From: Trichoplax adhaerens
Lineage: Eukaryota; Animalia; Placozoa
Assembly (NCBI RefSeq): GCF_000150275.1
Contig: NW_002060949.1
Coordinates: 4,831,006 to 4,895,005 of the forward strand
Reading direction: 5' to 3'
Length of the DNA: 64,000 nucleotides
The notes under the pieces are model-generated. The model saw only the letters and a program-made list of their open reading frames with translations, was not told the origin of the DNA and ran no database searches. Positions 26,476-41,500 of the stretch are shown here, piece after piece. A program made the position numbers and the translations under genes. Position 1 is the stretch's first letter, and every line of letters starts with the position of its first letter.

Positions 26476-29400
26476 TCATAGTTTTTTGGACTCCTAGTAA
26501 ATGCATAATATGAAAATATGTAGAAGAACATTAGACAATATAGTAAATATCAGATTGTTTTTTCTACGTAAAAAGTATCTCATTACGAAATATCGCCATG
26601 AAGTTGCAAAGTCGACAATAATTATACTATGGCTAGAACAGCATGATAAATTAATGACAAACCCGCATATTGAGTCCTTGAGTCTCTATTGGAAGAAGGA
26701 TAGCAGAAATAGCCCCCACGCAAGAAATGAACGCGTAAATGCATAGTGCTAAGATATCAGATACTGGTAGCATTACCTAAAAGATTAGAAAATATGGTAA
26801 ATTAAAGCTTCAGTTGATTGATTAATATCTGAGAGGGCAATTCTACCTTAGCTCTCTTTAGTACAAATCACTTTTGCCAATATTATTGCATTTTTTTATA
26901 AATGATAATCTTAGTAAAGGCGTACAGTCTATAGGTACAATATTTAAGAATTAATCAAGATCCAATTTTCATTTATAAAAATTGTTTTGCTAAGACCTGA
27001 GCTAGAAACGGGGTAACCATTGCGCCAATACGAGCGAAACTGCTGCAAAGTCCAAGTCCTATAGCTCTAAATGTTGTAGGATAAACCTGTACTCAAAACA
27101 ATTAGGAAAGCAAATTACATTAGCTTACATAACCGGTGTAGTATTTTATCCCCAAAACCCAGGCAATTACGGGCGGTTAATATAATTGGAAATAGAATTT
27201 ATAGTTAAGTATCGTACTAAAATGTGATAATAATTACTAATATTATTATTTTGTTTTATTCTTACATTATACCATTCTGCTACATTTCGATTTCTAATTT
27301 ACCAAAGCAATGTAACAAACTTATAATATTGAGAAGTCTGTAGGTTGCCATTTATGGACTGATATTATTGATTAATTATAGCAAGAGCTTATTTAACAAT
27401 TTTAACAAAATTACCTCAGGTGTATAGACATAGGCTACTTGGAAGGCTGCGGAAATAAGTGCTCGAATACAAAATATAAGAACTGTTTTCGTTACCCTAT
27501 AGTCACCACCAAAATTGATATATACAATATATATATATGAAAGAAGGGAAGTTACTTAAAGGATATATATATATAAAAGTTATAATTCTATGCACTTTTA
27601 TATATAATTAACCTTAAATTTTGACTTTTAAAGAATTACTACAATAGCAAAATTATATGTTCTCTTCAGTAATAATATTACCTTGTACTACAAATTATTA
27701 GCATGAAAAGAAACACCGCAGAGAGTAAAAATTGCAAACAAAGAGTCCTCTTTCTTCCTAATTTCTCAACCACCAGGAATGCAAATATCATACCTTCGGA
27801 AACAGCATTGTACTAAATAACTGGTATTTGATCAACAGCAGGTAACTAATTGCATAATTTTTTTAATGCAGTAAAATGAATCATTTTTTTGTTGTTTATA
27901 TCTTTTATGTAAACTTGTCAAGTATCGTAATAGTACTCACCGGGAAATTCAGCAATGGTCGTAATAACAATATTGCGATAATCATCACTTGATAATGGCT
28001 TACATATGCAACTACGATTAGAACTATCTCTACTCCCTACAATGTCATTCAATAATATAATAATATGATTGATACCTAGAAAAAATACTATATGAAATAG
28101 ATAAAATATTGAGTATTTCGAGGAATAAAATCATTTAGAAACTAGTTATTTAGGAATATTAAACAGAATTTTACCACATCTATCCACCGTGTACAACACT
28201 GGAGTCATTAAAATAATTCCATAATATAATGTTGCAGCGCAAAGCCTAGCGTATTCAAAGCAAACAGCATTATAAGAATGATACTGCCCCTTTTATTTAT
28301 CTTAAAATTTAAGGTAAATTTAAGAGTTTTGTCATGGAATCATTCACACATCACTCATGTTATTCGTTTTCATCGTACTACTTTTATAAATAAATGATAG
28401 TTACCAAATAGACCACATCAACAGCGTTGTTTTGGTATAAGGGGCTTTCAGCAAGTCCCAAATTTGTCCACGCGTTTCCTAAACAGATAGTCATCATATG
28501 TATTTAAATTTGTACGGTATTTATCCAATGAAATAGCTCTGAGCTTCCCATCAATATATAGGAAATTTATTTAGTGTAAACTGCTACTAATAACTCAAAA
28601 TACCTTCTCTTACCTTACTGGGTAACTTTATATCTTTATTATGCCAAAGCTTTCTGTTCACTCTCGCAATGCTACGCAAAATTAATATTGCTTTTGAACG
28701 TTGACCAGATATTAACAAATATCGTGGTGACTCGGGAATAATCTATTATTAATTTAATTGTAGTAATTTAGATAGAGCATTTTAAAAATTGATAACATTC
28801 ATATATCTATAGCATACCTTATACATAAAGCAGAAAGCAAGGCATGGTAAGCTAGAAAAAGCTACGAGGTATCTCCAGCCAAGGGTAGGCATAACAATTA
28901 AGGCTAGGATAACCTCAAAATTGGCTCCGAGTGACGAGAATAACTGAGAGATCACCAAAATATGTATAAATGTAGTTGGTAGCAGATATATCGATAGTCA
29001 ATTATTATCGCTAAGTAAATCTCTTAACCAAACGAAAATTTAAAAACCTTACTTGGAGAAAGACAACCGACCTAGCTCGAGTTTTGACGGGCAAGAATTC
29101 GCTATAAAGTGTAACTCTTTAGATTCATGAAAAAATATGCATGCGGATATACATTAATTTGATAAGTAATCAAGTTTAATCATATAACATTAAATTTACA
29201 TAGGTACACATATAGTTAGGTTATCAATTATTAAAGCGATAATATATATACTCGTATTTATAACTGTATCTTACGCTTGTGCGGAACCTGATATGCCAAA
29301 ACCAGCTAATCCTCTTGTAAGTACAATCCAGAAATAACTAGGAGACATTGCACATAACAGCCCATAAAAAAAAGTCCAAAATGTGGAAAGCAATAACCCC

Positions 29401-31114
29401 TGAATGAAATATCGATGTCGGTAATATTATTGTTAATAATTAGTAGGAGTTCTATTATCGAATATCTGCGTCAAATCTAAACCTACTCTTACATGTTAAT
29501 ACAAATTATCTTAAAGTCTTAGATATCTATTTTTAATACGCGTATTAGCAGTATAGTACTCGTAGTATTATTATTAAATGACTCATTACTGATTTATATA
29601 TGAAATAGTCATTGTGAGCTAAAATAATAAAGAGATTATCTATAATCTTATATGCATCTAAAATCAATCGATATACCAATTTACGTCCGTAAATATCTGC
29701 AATCCAACCCCAAATAGGTGCTCCAAAACCGAAACCCACAAATACAATCTAGGTATTACAATACTTGATGTTATTTACCCGCCTTATCGTTATTGTATGA
29801 TTTGAACTCGAACATTGTATTTATCAATCATAAAAATGATAGCAGCCGATTTTACTGTGGCTATGAAGGCTTCTTCCCATGACGAAAGATGCCACTCACA
29901 AAGGAGGATGGGACCAATAACAGATAGTAGCATCATTTCCATGGCATCGACTACCTGATTGATGCATAAAATATTGACCAGAATTAGATCGTATTTGAAC
30001 GCTAGTACGGTATTCAATATAGTGTATTAATAGGATCATTGATCCCTCTTCAGTAAAGTAAAGTAAAGTTGTAGTCCAAACCTATCAATAAATTTTATTA
30101 GGAAATGTTCTAATAGCACACGAAAGTTTATGAAATGTTATCCATTTAATCATTTTCGACTTAATCATGTTTTCTATCTTTTAATACGTAGCTTAATTAC
30201 TAGATTATTTTAAATTATTATAGCACTGTTAAGGATTGATAAACATACTAACCCAAGCACATCCCAATATAAATGTCAGCCGAATTTGATATTTACCAAA
30301 TCCTAACGAATCAATTATCTCTCCAAGTGTGGTTGGATCGTTATCTTCTGATGAGCAAAAGGAACCTCGTTTCAATAATTGTAAGGAATAAAGTTGTAAT
30401 TTAAAATGCATTAACGTAATCAATCTGTTCTTGGCTAATTGTTCTTTACATGCAAAATGTAAATATTGTACGAGTGTTTATGCTTGAAAGACTTCACCAA
30501 ACCTATAAGGGTATAATTTGCTTCATGATTCTCAGAAGCAAATGGCAAAGAGTCGGTAGCTATGACTAGAAATATCATTGACGAATGGTATAGCTTAAGC
30601 ATTTCGGCGATGCCACGGACTTGTCAATTTTTTTTAAACTTTACAAATCCATGGCGATGCTTACAAGGAACCGACGGCAGTTTATCTCGATAAGATTCAA
30701 ATAGGTATCGCATCTGACTAAGGCTCAATAATAACACATACTAGACAAGGTGCATATCTTAGAATGCGCGATAGACGTGAAGGTAACCTATTTAACATCG
30801 AACTAAACATACACGCAACATAAACCATCTTAGCTGGTCCATATTCTTAATAGAGATTGATGTATGATAGCAAGTTATACAAGTATATGCGAGGTATAAT
30901 GCGAGTATATCATGATCTCGATAGATATACATGTATGACCTATTTATAGGGCAAAGATGTTTAAGCAACAAAAGGTACTAGTATACTGTACACTATAGTC
31001 TAACAAGTGAATCAAGCTAAGAAATACTAAAATCGATTTTTCCTTACCTTGATCCCGGAGTAATGAATGAAGCTCAACAGATGATGTCACGTTATTCATT
31101 GCTATCGATGTCAT
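26476..31114 (-). CDS. SVOP: SVOP/SV2-related MFS transporter, paralogue B (16 exons)
   Basis: Same exon/intron phases as paralogue A. Exon 1 is 31114-31048 ([22 protein letters not shown]), exon 2 is 30347-30253, and the last exon reads ESKKL* ending at 26476. Motifs: [42 protein letters not shown]. Frame open throughout. Confidence 0.93.
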
Positions 31115-32017
31115 TATCGTGAATTAAATGACTGGGAAATATTGTAGAACTTTTTTTTTTTTTTTTTGCCTTCCTGATCATGCTATACGCGATGGACGTC
31201 TACACCTAATTTCCTGAGATAGTGCGTGAGCTCTACTAGGATGAGATAGATTAATTGTAATCCTTGGAATGTCCTTTTCAAATCAAATGGAGTCTGTTAT
31301 AATCTCTTACTGATGACTAGTTTATCTACGATCACCGTGGCGAATAATCATTATTAAAATATGTGTATCGTCCTACTAATATACTAACGTAATATCTATA
31401 TCTGATAACTAGAACTACAATCGATAAGTTTATGAGTTATAATCATAGATTATAAATTATCAATATGTTATATTATCAAAATGCTTGCCCAGCAATTTAC
31501 TTCAATATCTACAGGATAAAGTACGACGCTGCTATGATATAAAATGATTCGTTACAGTTTTAGCTAGAATCCTGTAAAAGTAGAGTCCGAAGGCTTCTTC
31601 GGCATTGCCTAAATACACGATCACTTGATCACTCTGTTACACTATTACCACTACATTACTCTGCTGTATATAGCTTTTTACTTGGCCTATTCTCCTGATC
31701 TCTGCTAATGTATGTGTAGATGTACCTACACACTTAGCTTAATATAACAGTATATACAGTACAAGTTTCAATCAAGTCAATTAACTAATAGCAAAAGTGC
31801 GAGCTGTATTTTATGCAAAGTGTCACAGGCCAACCTCAAGATCTACCACGATCACCAGTGTCCTATAGACTGTAACAACACCTGATTCAATTCGTTCAAG
31901 GAATAACACAGGATACAACTACCATTAATTAATATTATTATTTATTAATATTCTAGCCAGCAGCTCATTAAATAAACAGCCCCTGCTTTCTCCAATTCTG
32001 TGCCATATGGGTGTACT

Positions 32018-32341
32018 AGAGGCTCTTTTAAAGAGACTACTAGAGACCCTATTAAAGAGACTACTAGAGACCCTATTAAAGAGACTACTAAAGACCCTTT
32101 TAAAGAGACTACTAGAGACCCTATTAAAGAGACTACTAGAGACCCTATTAAAGAGACTACTAGAGACCCTTTTAAAGAGACTACTAGAGACCCATTTGTT
32201 AAAGAGACTACTAGAGACCCTTTTATTAAAGAGACTACTAGAGACCCTTTTAAAGAGACTACTAGAGACCCTTTTATTAAAGAGACTACTAGACCCTTTT
32301 ACCTTAAAGAGACTACTAGACCCTTTTACCTTAAGAGACTC
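32018..32341. repeat. 24-bp (24/27 variant) minisatellite, ~13 units, consensus TACTAGAGACCCT(A/T)TTAAAGAGAC
   Basis: Directly visible tandem array; it produces the repetitive ORFs ETTRDPIK and LLKRLLET. Confidence 0.97.
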
Positions 32342-33183
32342 AAAGGATCTCTAGGGCGTACCGGTTACAGTGTGCTAAACAGTCCTGCGCACTTAGAAAG
32401 AGTGACGTCAGCTGGGCGGTTAATGTCAATCAAAGCGTGTCTATCATTTTTCTGGTCATTTTCCTGTACGCTATCTCTGAAACCGTACACCACACTGTAC
32501 AGTACAGTGTATAGTCCAAAACCAACCAGGCAGCTCATTTTGAAAGTGCGCATTAAGGACAGTATAGTGTATCGTTTCAGCCATACGATTCAGTTGAGAT
32601 GACCAGTCAAATAGTCAGTGCCATTAGTTTATTCCGGTGAACGACCGTCGTCTGTCCTTCTGCAACAATTGCTCGCTTCACTTGCCTTCCGTCGTGGACA
32701 GATGGACGTTTGGAAATAGACGACACTGGATGGTCCTGACACCAAGACATTCGCCTCTTCAGCTTAATGAATATGCTATACTATATGCAATAGCGAGCAT
32801 AGGGATTTGCTCGCGTTTCAGCCATACAGTACTGTAGAGCTAAGTTTTCTATCGCTGGACCACTCCCAAAATAGACAGTAGTAGCAACAGCATGCGAACG
32901 TTAATGCATCGTGGACGAAGAGAATAGGAGCTACAGCAGTAGACAATCAATCCCAATCTCGATCCATTCGACTAGGAAATACTCCAGTAAGAATCACTGC
33001 CATTATCGTAGACTCTCGATTGTGGAGTGAATTGAACAGCAATACAATCATTTAGTCATTGCATACTCTATTACTGATTCTTCGATTGGACTGCAATTCA
33101 AATTACTGCAGTTAGCAGTCAATTGAATAAAAGGGAAAAAGAAATTTCATTCGACAATTGAATAATTGCTTTCATTGGTAGCT

Positions 33184-34910
33184 ATGCATCGAACTCGTTT
33201 TATTTTGTCGCGTTTTCATATTTTGGGCGCTTCTGTTGCTGTAGGTGTTGGTCTAACTTATACCATCCATCGTCAATCGCAATATGGTAAAATCAATGCA
33301 GCTGTTAAACAACTAGACGATCAAGTATTCCAGCATACACCAACTAAATGGAATTATAATTGGGATAATCGTCAACCATTGGCCAAGGATGACTCTTCTA
33401 AAAATACAGTCATATCATCCGATCAATCTGCAATGCCTACAGCTTCTAGGATGATTATTTTGATACGTCATGGTAATTATAATACTCGCGGTTTGGAAGA
33501 CAGTGATAGGAAATTAACAATTTTAGGTCATCAACAGGCTCATGTCACTGGTAAAAGACTACAATCAATACTGACAATGCCGGTGGATAACGTCTATTAT
33601 TCTACCATGACACGAGCTACGGAAACTGCCAACATTATTAATCAATACCTGAAATATAAACATATACAAAATTGTTCATTAATTGAAGAAGGTGCACCAA
33701 TCCGTCCAGAACCTCCTCTATCATCCTATCGACCAGATGATTATGTACGAGTGATAAATTGAATTTGCATTTCTTTAGGTTATAAGTAAGAATATTGGCG
33801 TATTATACTAGCACTGTTTTACGTCGATCAATACAGTAGTAAGCTTGTACTTTTATCGCTATAGCAAGTTAGTCATTCTGATATGCTTGATAAACATAAA
33901 TACACAACGTATTGACTTTATCATTCTGACTGTTTTCATAGCAGTATAAAGTTGATCATGCTCGAATAGAAAGTGCTTTCAGGAAATATTTCCACCGAGC
34001 TGATGTCGACCAGAAGGAGAATAGCATTGATGTCATCATTTGCCATGCAAATGTAATAAGATATTTCGTTTGCAGGTAAGTAACAAGGAGAAAGAATCCT
34101 CCTAGAGAAGTTATCGAGTAGCAAATACTAACCAATATACAATATGCATGCATACAATGGTACGTTACATAGTGGCAATTGTCCGGGTGGGGGAAATGTC
34201 CTGGAGGCAATTGTCCTAGAATCGTTACATAGATAGTAAATAAATATTAAAATCAATTTCTTCTCTAAATACTACACGCGACGCGGATGTAACGTTAGCA
34301 AGATAAACTAACTTAAATAGCTGTGGACGTTAGTATAGCAGATCCTATATTATAATTAATAGAGACGTCTCATCTATCTTAATGATAATAACGTTATCGA
34401 CGAAAAAGTACAGTAAAATATATAAACAATGTATCTATGCCTCGATTGGAAAGGTTGATGGTAGTATGTGGCACCAGTCAATAAAATTCCCTACTGTGCT
34501 AATTAGCAAGATACGCAGTAGTTACTTGTATGGTGGTGGAAGATGTTTTTTATTAGTTGCATAGAAAGTGAGGTCTTTCTGTAATTGCTGGTTCTTATCC
34601 TACGTTAACAATGAACTCTCAATAAAATTGTAATAAAAAGCTATTACTATCCACTGACGTATTAACTGGATTTGAGTTTTATCACAATTAACTTTTAATA
34701 AGCTGATATAATAACTTTCATCTGATAAATATAGATAAAATATTCTTATTTTTTTGCAGAGCTCTCCAACTGCCACCTGAGGCTTGGCTGCGGATTAGTA
34801 TTGGACACTGTAGTATAACTACAGTTGTAATTCGACCATCTGGTCGTGTAACACTGCGTGGTTTAGGAGATATTGGACATGTACCTCCTGATCTCATCTC
34901 ATTCTCCTAG
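33184..34910 (+). CDS. PGAM5: Serine/threonine-protein phosphatase PGAM5, mitochondrial type
   Basis: Exons 33184-33744, 33942-34075 (TAGCAG tandem acceptor), 34760-34910. Arg-rich N-terminus plus TM segment ([16 protein letters not shown]). Motifs: [38 protein letters not shown]|[17 protein letters not shown]. Confidence 0.95.
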
Positions 34911-37900
34911 TTATATTCAAGTTTGAATGTTAACTCTTTTGAATGTACAATACTTTCAGCATTCTTTTGCTAATGTTAACTTTATTTGTGTAACAAATCC
35001 TGTTAATAAGTTTATTCCTGATTGTAAATAATAATTTCAATGTGTGTTAAAATTTTAACCTCGCCTAATGAAATTTACCAAAACTTGACCACGTAGATAT
35101 TACCTATCTTTCGTTATTACTAATTAATTATATTTGTAGTATCAGTTTCGCATTTGCTACTTTAAAGGTGAATACGCAATTATGTGCTCCATATTTTAAA
35201 TATAATAAAGATGGAAGTATTACCCCGTGCAAAGAATACAGCTGCTATCATGCTATCTTGTTGGTAACAATATCCTTAGTACTTTATCTAGTTTTTAACG
35301 GAAAATTTTTCAATGGTACCAGTCGAATATAGACCAAAGTAAATAAATAAACAATCTCTGATATCCATTCGTATTATGAAATTACATTAATTTCTATTTT
35401 ATAGCATGCAGATTTTGATACAATAATTTTAGTGTATTCGTCATCCTGACATCTAGGTCGATACAATTCGAAAATTGTATTATCAATCGCATAACATACC
35501 TGTTAAATAATCCAAAACGCAGCATAATATTTAAAAAATCTATGACACTACTGCTGCAGGACGTTTATTTATAAATTTATATGATATGCTACAAAACATT
35601 TAAACTGCCATACCCCAAAATAAACGGCAATTTCCAACATAATAATGCCTTTAGTATTTATTAATTACAATTAGTTTAAACCATGAATTTATGCTATCAG
35701 ATCACTATTAGTATCTAGCTATTAAGCAAGAATACTTTCTGTACACATCATTATCCAATTTAATTTGGTATTAGTATTCAGAGATATTTACTAATAATGC
35801 TAATTCAAATAGAATCTATCCATTCACACTTGGTAACTTTTGACCAAATTATACCACCATATTATCAACAGTGCCTAAATAGCATTTATCCAGCAGCCCT
35901 ACTATATATATTGGAAGACAGAATATCTATCTGGTCATTCGTCTAATATGCTCTGATAGCCCAGAAAAGTATACCATACAAGAACTAGTGGTAAATAATC
36001 TCGGAAATCGATTGATTAATTAATTTGTATCTGTGTACTCATTTTTAAATTTCTGATACGTAGGAATTACGTAAATAAGTGCTTATCATTTGCTCTAATT
36101 TTTAATATCGCAAAAGTATTACAATAGCTTCTCTATACAGTGGATCTTGCAATTCTGCTTCATTTTGCGCTGGCGTTTGACGTCTCCTAATTAAAATCAG
36201 CATACAAACAAACTATAATTCAATCATATTTAATAACAACTACAATGGTTGAGTTTCTACTTTCGTATTTGATTAAGTTTTTGTTGTATGGAAATCAATT
36301 TTAGTCATGCCCGTGTGTAAAAACTGATGACTTGCCTAGGCTAAATATGATAAAGTGGCTTAAAAATAATAAAATAAGAACTACGATTTCTTGTAAACTT
36401 CACTTTATTTCATAAATTAAGTTCGACTTGCAACTATAATTGTAATCTTAAGCTAATTTGGGTCTGGATGTAACAACTCAGTAGTTGGAACAAGACAACA
36501 AGAGTTAGCTTAAGATACTAAGTCAAGTTTAGAACTAAAGTTATCAACAACAGTTATCTATATTTCAAGAAAAATCATGGCTATATAGATAACGTTTATG
36601 CGTAAACATATTGCTATTGCTATCTCTATCACTTAATTTAGTTTTCATCACCCTAGTAAATATGTAACAGATTTTCCTACGTTATCCCACTTTTTCTATG
36701 ACTCTTGTCTAGAACAACGTTTGACGACTATAACATTAAACGTTCAATCGTAATCATAATATCAAAATATTCTAATAATAGCTTTACTACATTTAGTATC
36801 AATAAGGTATCGGCATGTCATCAAATACATAAGGATCTTCTAGAAATATAAATGTCCTATTCTAAGACCTATTTTTACTTAAGTACATTTTAATGTCCAA
36901 AATTATAAGATTTATACTTTACAATACTAACGGTATTGTAACACTGTACTACAACAAGATATATTGAAATAAAAAATTACCGCATTATAGCTGCTAATTC
37001 TAATTTTAATGATCTTAATCGTTATATCATACCTGTAATAATCTTCCTCTGGTTTCAATTGGTAAAGTCAGCGCGAGAATACCACTTGATAAACATAAAA
37101 TTGTATAAATTAATAAGCCTGCCAGATTAGATTTGGGAAAGATGACCTGTAAATAAGAAAAAATTACACATTACACTTACAAAATTTCTAGTAAACTATT
37201 CGCTTAAAATTATCTTAATTGGTTTTAGGGACTGCTCGAAGGAAGAGAAAGTCCCTGCTAGTTGACTGCCTCTTAAATAAACCGCAAATACCCCTTTAAT
37301 AAGCTACGGATCGTAAATTAAAAGTTATAATTAAGAAATAACCTGAGCTACAAGAGGACTAATGAAAACACCAAAACGATTAGCAGCGCTACACATTCCA
37401 AGGCCAATAGCTCTAATGCTTGTAGGATACACCTAGAAATAATTCAGGTTATGAAATGATTTAAAGTAATCTACCATAGTTGTCGAAAATTTCATTTAGA
37501 CTTTACTAATGTTTTCATTAAATTATTACATCCTGCACTGCCATAAATTTAGCTAATTATATAATTATCTACTCATTCAGTTATTCTACGTTATTACAAG
37601 TTCTAACAAGTTTATATTAGGCTATGATACATTTTTATTAAACCGAAATATTAAAGAGATGTAATATATAAAGCGATTTAGAAAAGCAATTTTTACCAGT
37701 ACGTGTTATATATACATGTAGACGCATTAACAAATGTAAGTGCCGAAACAAACTGGCACAGGGCTGCGATTTATATCCTGATCGAGATTATTAATGCATA
37801 AAATACTACTAGTATCTTATTAAAATTAAAAATAGGGCGGAATGCATTAATAGATTAGATTAATTTCATACCTCTGCTGTATAAAGGATTATCGTCTGAA

Positions 37901-38566
37901 ACACTGCATTTGAGAATGCTCTAGTACAGCTTAATAGAATAGTTTTCGTCGCTCTATAACAAAGAACACATAACAGGTACATCAATTTGATAAATTAACC
38001 ATTAGATAGGCAAATATTATTCACTATTAATAAATCCTAAAACTATATTTGCTCAACTTTATATATACAGATAGTCAATTAGGAGAAATATTATACTAAT
38101 AAATATTGTAAAATGATATCTTAAAACATAATAATCTAAAGAACGGTTAACCTAATAATATTAGGAATATCAAAATGAAGTCTAATTGATACCGTAACAT
38201 ACAAATATAAAAGTTTAATATAAAGCCTTAGCCGTACAATAGGACCAGAAGTATTATAATTCTTTCCTCATGATCACCGTTAATATCTGTAATTTAATGA
38301 CTATTCTGCCGTTACATGACAAAAGGAAGCAAGGTCAATTTTTTCGAAAATTGAGTTTATTGACTCTAATTAGTTATTAGGGTGTAATCTAACGGCAGAC
38401 TAAATTTGATGCTGTTCCTAGTATTCTCTGCCTATTTTTTTACTCAATTGGTATGACCCATTGAAACGGAATTTCTACCATTATATCGTACGCTAAGTTC
38501 TACAAAGTTACTAAACATCGCTGAGATGGCTATATGACCTTGCTTCCTTTTGTCATATAACGGCAG
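34172..38566. other. Span containing two small repeat insertions: a GGCAATTGTCC motif cluster at 34172-34224 and the MITE at 38306-38566 (listed separately)
   Basis: GC-rich ggcaattgtcc / ggaaatgtcc / ggcaattgtcctagaa triplet inside the AT-rich PGAM5 intron 2 looks like a fragment of an interspersed repeat; the family was not identified. Confidence 0.3.
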
Positions 38567-41500
38567 TATTGGTAAGTATCGGAAACTATTAGAGTCGTGA
38601 TTGCAATCTATAGTAAATTTTTAGATAAAAGGTCCATAGATAACACAATATGAAGTCCAAGCACATATTTATACTATAATAAGTGTTCTATCATAGCTGT
38701 GATAATAAAGGAGCATACAACATGGATCAGGACAGAGACGGTCTAATATCATGCAATATCACACATCAGATACACAGCTACTAAACTTTAAAATTATACA
38801 ACATATACTAGTATGCATAATTACTATCATTAATAATTTTATTTCAGGCAAAAGTTATATTGAGAGAATTGTTTGTATTCCAAACTTACGATGAAGTACA
38901 TGCTATTAAAAACGGAATGGGAATTCCTGCTAGGAAAAACTGCAACGCTATACCTTTCCTTCTTCCCAGTAATTGAATTATAATAAAGGAGACTATTAAC
39001 CCTACCAAAAATAAGGCAAGTGATCATTAAGCATATTTATTAATTACGCTTAGACATTATATTCAATTGACGTCCTGGTATAAATCGAAAACTTATAACT
39101 AGGAGACTTAATGCTAAAACAAGAAACATATGACATTATGAGCCCATTGTTAGATTTATCCTGCCGAAATCTACCTGCAGAATAATCCTGAATACTAATG
39201 ATCTCCTGTCATCAGGAGTCTATCTTAGATAAAAACTGAAACCAAGCTTTATTAAAAGTCAGTCAATCTATAGTACAATGACAGTAACATTAGTTATCCT
39301 TACTTAAATAATACTTGCATTATAAAATTTTGCATTTATCTATAAAAGAATATATAATGTCATAGACAACAAATAGCAAAGTATACTATCCGATGAAAAT
39401 AAGATAAGCATTAATTAGCAAAAATCACTTCATGACATGTCGTTTTACGTCTAGCTATACTTATTTACAGCATATTTAATTATTCAAGTTACTAACCAGG
39501 AATCTCAGCGAATGCTGTAGCTATAAGATATTGATAATGTTTGGTGGTTAATGGCTTACAGGAGCAATCACTAATCGTGTTCCTTACAGTGTTATCATTT
39601 CCTAACAGATTTTAATTTTTACCAGGTAAGTCTGATTGTCATAATTGCGACGATAATATTAATAATAAAACATGTTGTGTAAATTGTGTTATTTGATTAC
39701 CACAATTTTGATTGACAAGCAGAAGTGGGGATAATAAAATCATACCAAAATAGCAAAACCCAGCGCTGCTCCTAATTCATAGAAATCATTACTTAAATAC
39801 ATGAAATAATTACTACTTACTAATGTCTTTCTGATATTTAATATCTATCCGTGCCATAGGTAGTAGCAATAAGTCGATACTACTTATGATAGCATAAGCT
39901 ACTCAAAAAATTATTACAGCAGTACCTAAGAATATAAATATCTTGATTAGCTATGTAATTTATTGACAACAAATAAACAAACTTACCAAATAAGAAATAA
40001 TAAAATTGTTGTCTTTCGATGTTGCTTCTTGAATAAGGTACGGATTTGTCCAAGACTATCCTATGATTGGAAATGAATATTTCTCACTGTAAGTGCAATC
40101 TTTTATAAATATATATCTTCTATTCTAAATATATGCTCCGTAGATATATCAAAATACATATGTAATAATTCGACCGTATCTAATGTAGAAGTTCTATGAT
40201 TATAATAGACCTTTTCTGGTACAATGAGATCTCCTTCTAAAAGAGATACTCCATTTGCTTTAGCACCATCAGCTAAGACCTTAAGGGTTTTGTTACGTTG
40301 ACCAGAAACTAGATAGAATCGGGGAGATTCAGGTACGAACTAAGATATAGAAATGTTAGTATTAGTAACGCCATTTTTGTTTTAGCAAACTAAATTGTAA
40401 TAGCGTTCTTAACATTTCCTACCTTGTATAAAAGGCAGAATACAAGGCATGGGATACTAGCAAATCCAAGAACGTATCGCCAATCTAGTGTTGGCATAAC
40501 AAGCATCGCTATTAAATTGGTAAGACAGCCACCGATAGACCAAAATACCTACCAAGTCATGAAAGTATTCAAATTAATATATTTAAAATTTTAACTATTT
40601 AAAATATTCATATTTAAAATAGAGTAGAAAATTAATAGTTATACCGCAAGGACAAGTATTGATAGGCATCGATAAATTTCTGGTAAAAACTCGCAGTAAA
40701 TAGTAACTCTAATTCGATAGAATAGTTTCGAAATGCATTTAAAACAGTAGTCATGCTTAATTAATTAGTTTATAAAAATTTGTATTCTAATAATATCATA
40801 CTAAAAGATTAATCGTTTCAAGCTGTAACTGAATTATATTGGTAGTACCATCTCATATAATACACGATAGCGTTACTAGCAATGTTAGATATCTTACACT
40901 TGGATAGCACCAGAAATACCAAAGCCAGTAAGACCTCGTGTAAATACTATCCAAAAAAAACTTGGAGAAGTGGCAGAGAGTAGAGCATAAACAAATGTCC
41001 ATAAAGTGGAATAGAAAACCGCCTATTTATGAAAAAGATAGAAACAGAGTAAAAATTTGTAAAGGATTGAATACTTTGAACAGCATCGGGCGGTTTCAAG
41101 TTTCTATGATTTATAAGAACTAGACTAGACAATTTTAAGTTTTAGTGTGCTTAACTAGACAAAAACAGAATATTTTAAATTAATGGTAGATAATTACAAG
41201 GTTCTACTCTTTAATTCCTTAGAAATAGATCTTTCCATCTAAAGAATTTAACTTATTTATTAGGTAATTTCAGAAATTAAACGTAGCTGAATCTCTAATA
41301 CTAATCAATTACAAAGATCTATATATAATTAAAATAAAACTTATTATAGCAACTTTAACACCCACTTTGATTAGGTAAATATCACTAGTCAATATTTCGA
41401 AGTAATACCTAGATCTTAAAGTTCGATACTCTGATATATGAGTAGAAAAATATTTATATTGATCTTCATATTTGATTTATTTAACTAGGGAGATATGGAA

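Noticed and set aside
32018-32341. CRISPR-like array
   Set aside because: Units are contiguous with no unique spacers, there are no cas genes, and the context is eukaryotic; this is a minisatellite.
38190-38290. Apparent broken exon 12 of SVOP-C (hydrophobic, ends ICMLR|gt), suggesting MITE-induced pseudogenisation
   Set aside because: An intact exon 12 (GLIVSFIIIQLLGRRKGIALQFFLAG...) exists at 39001-38890; the MITE is intronic.
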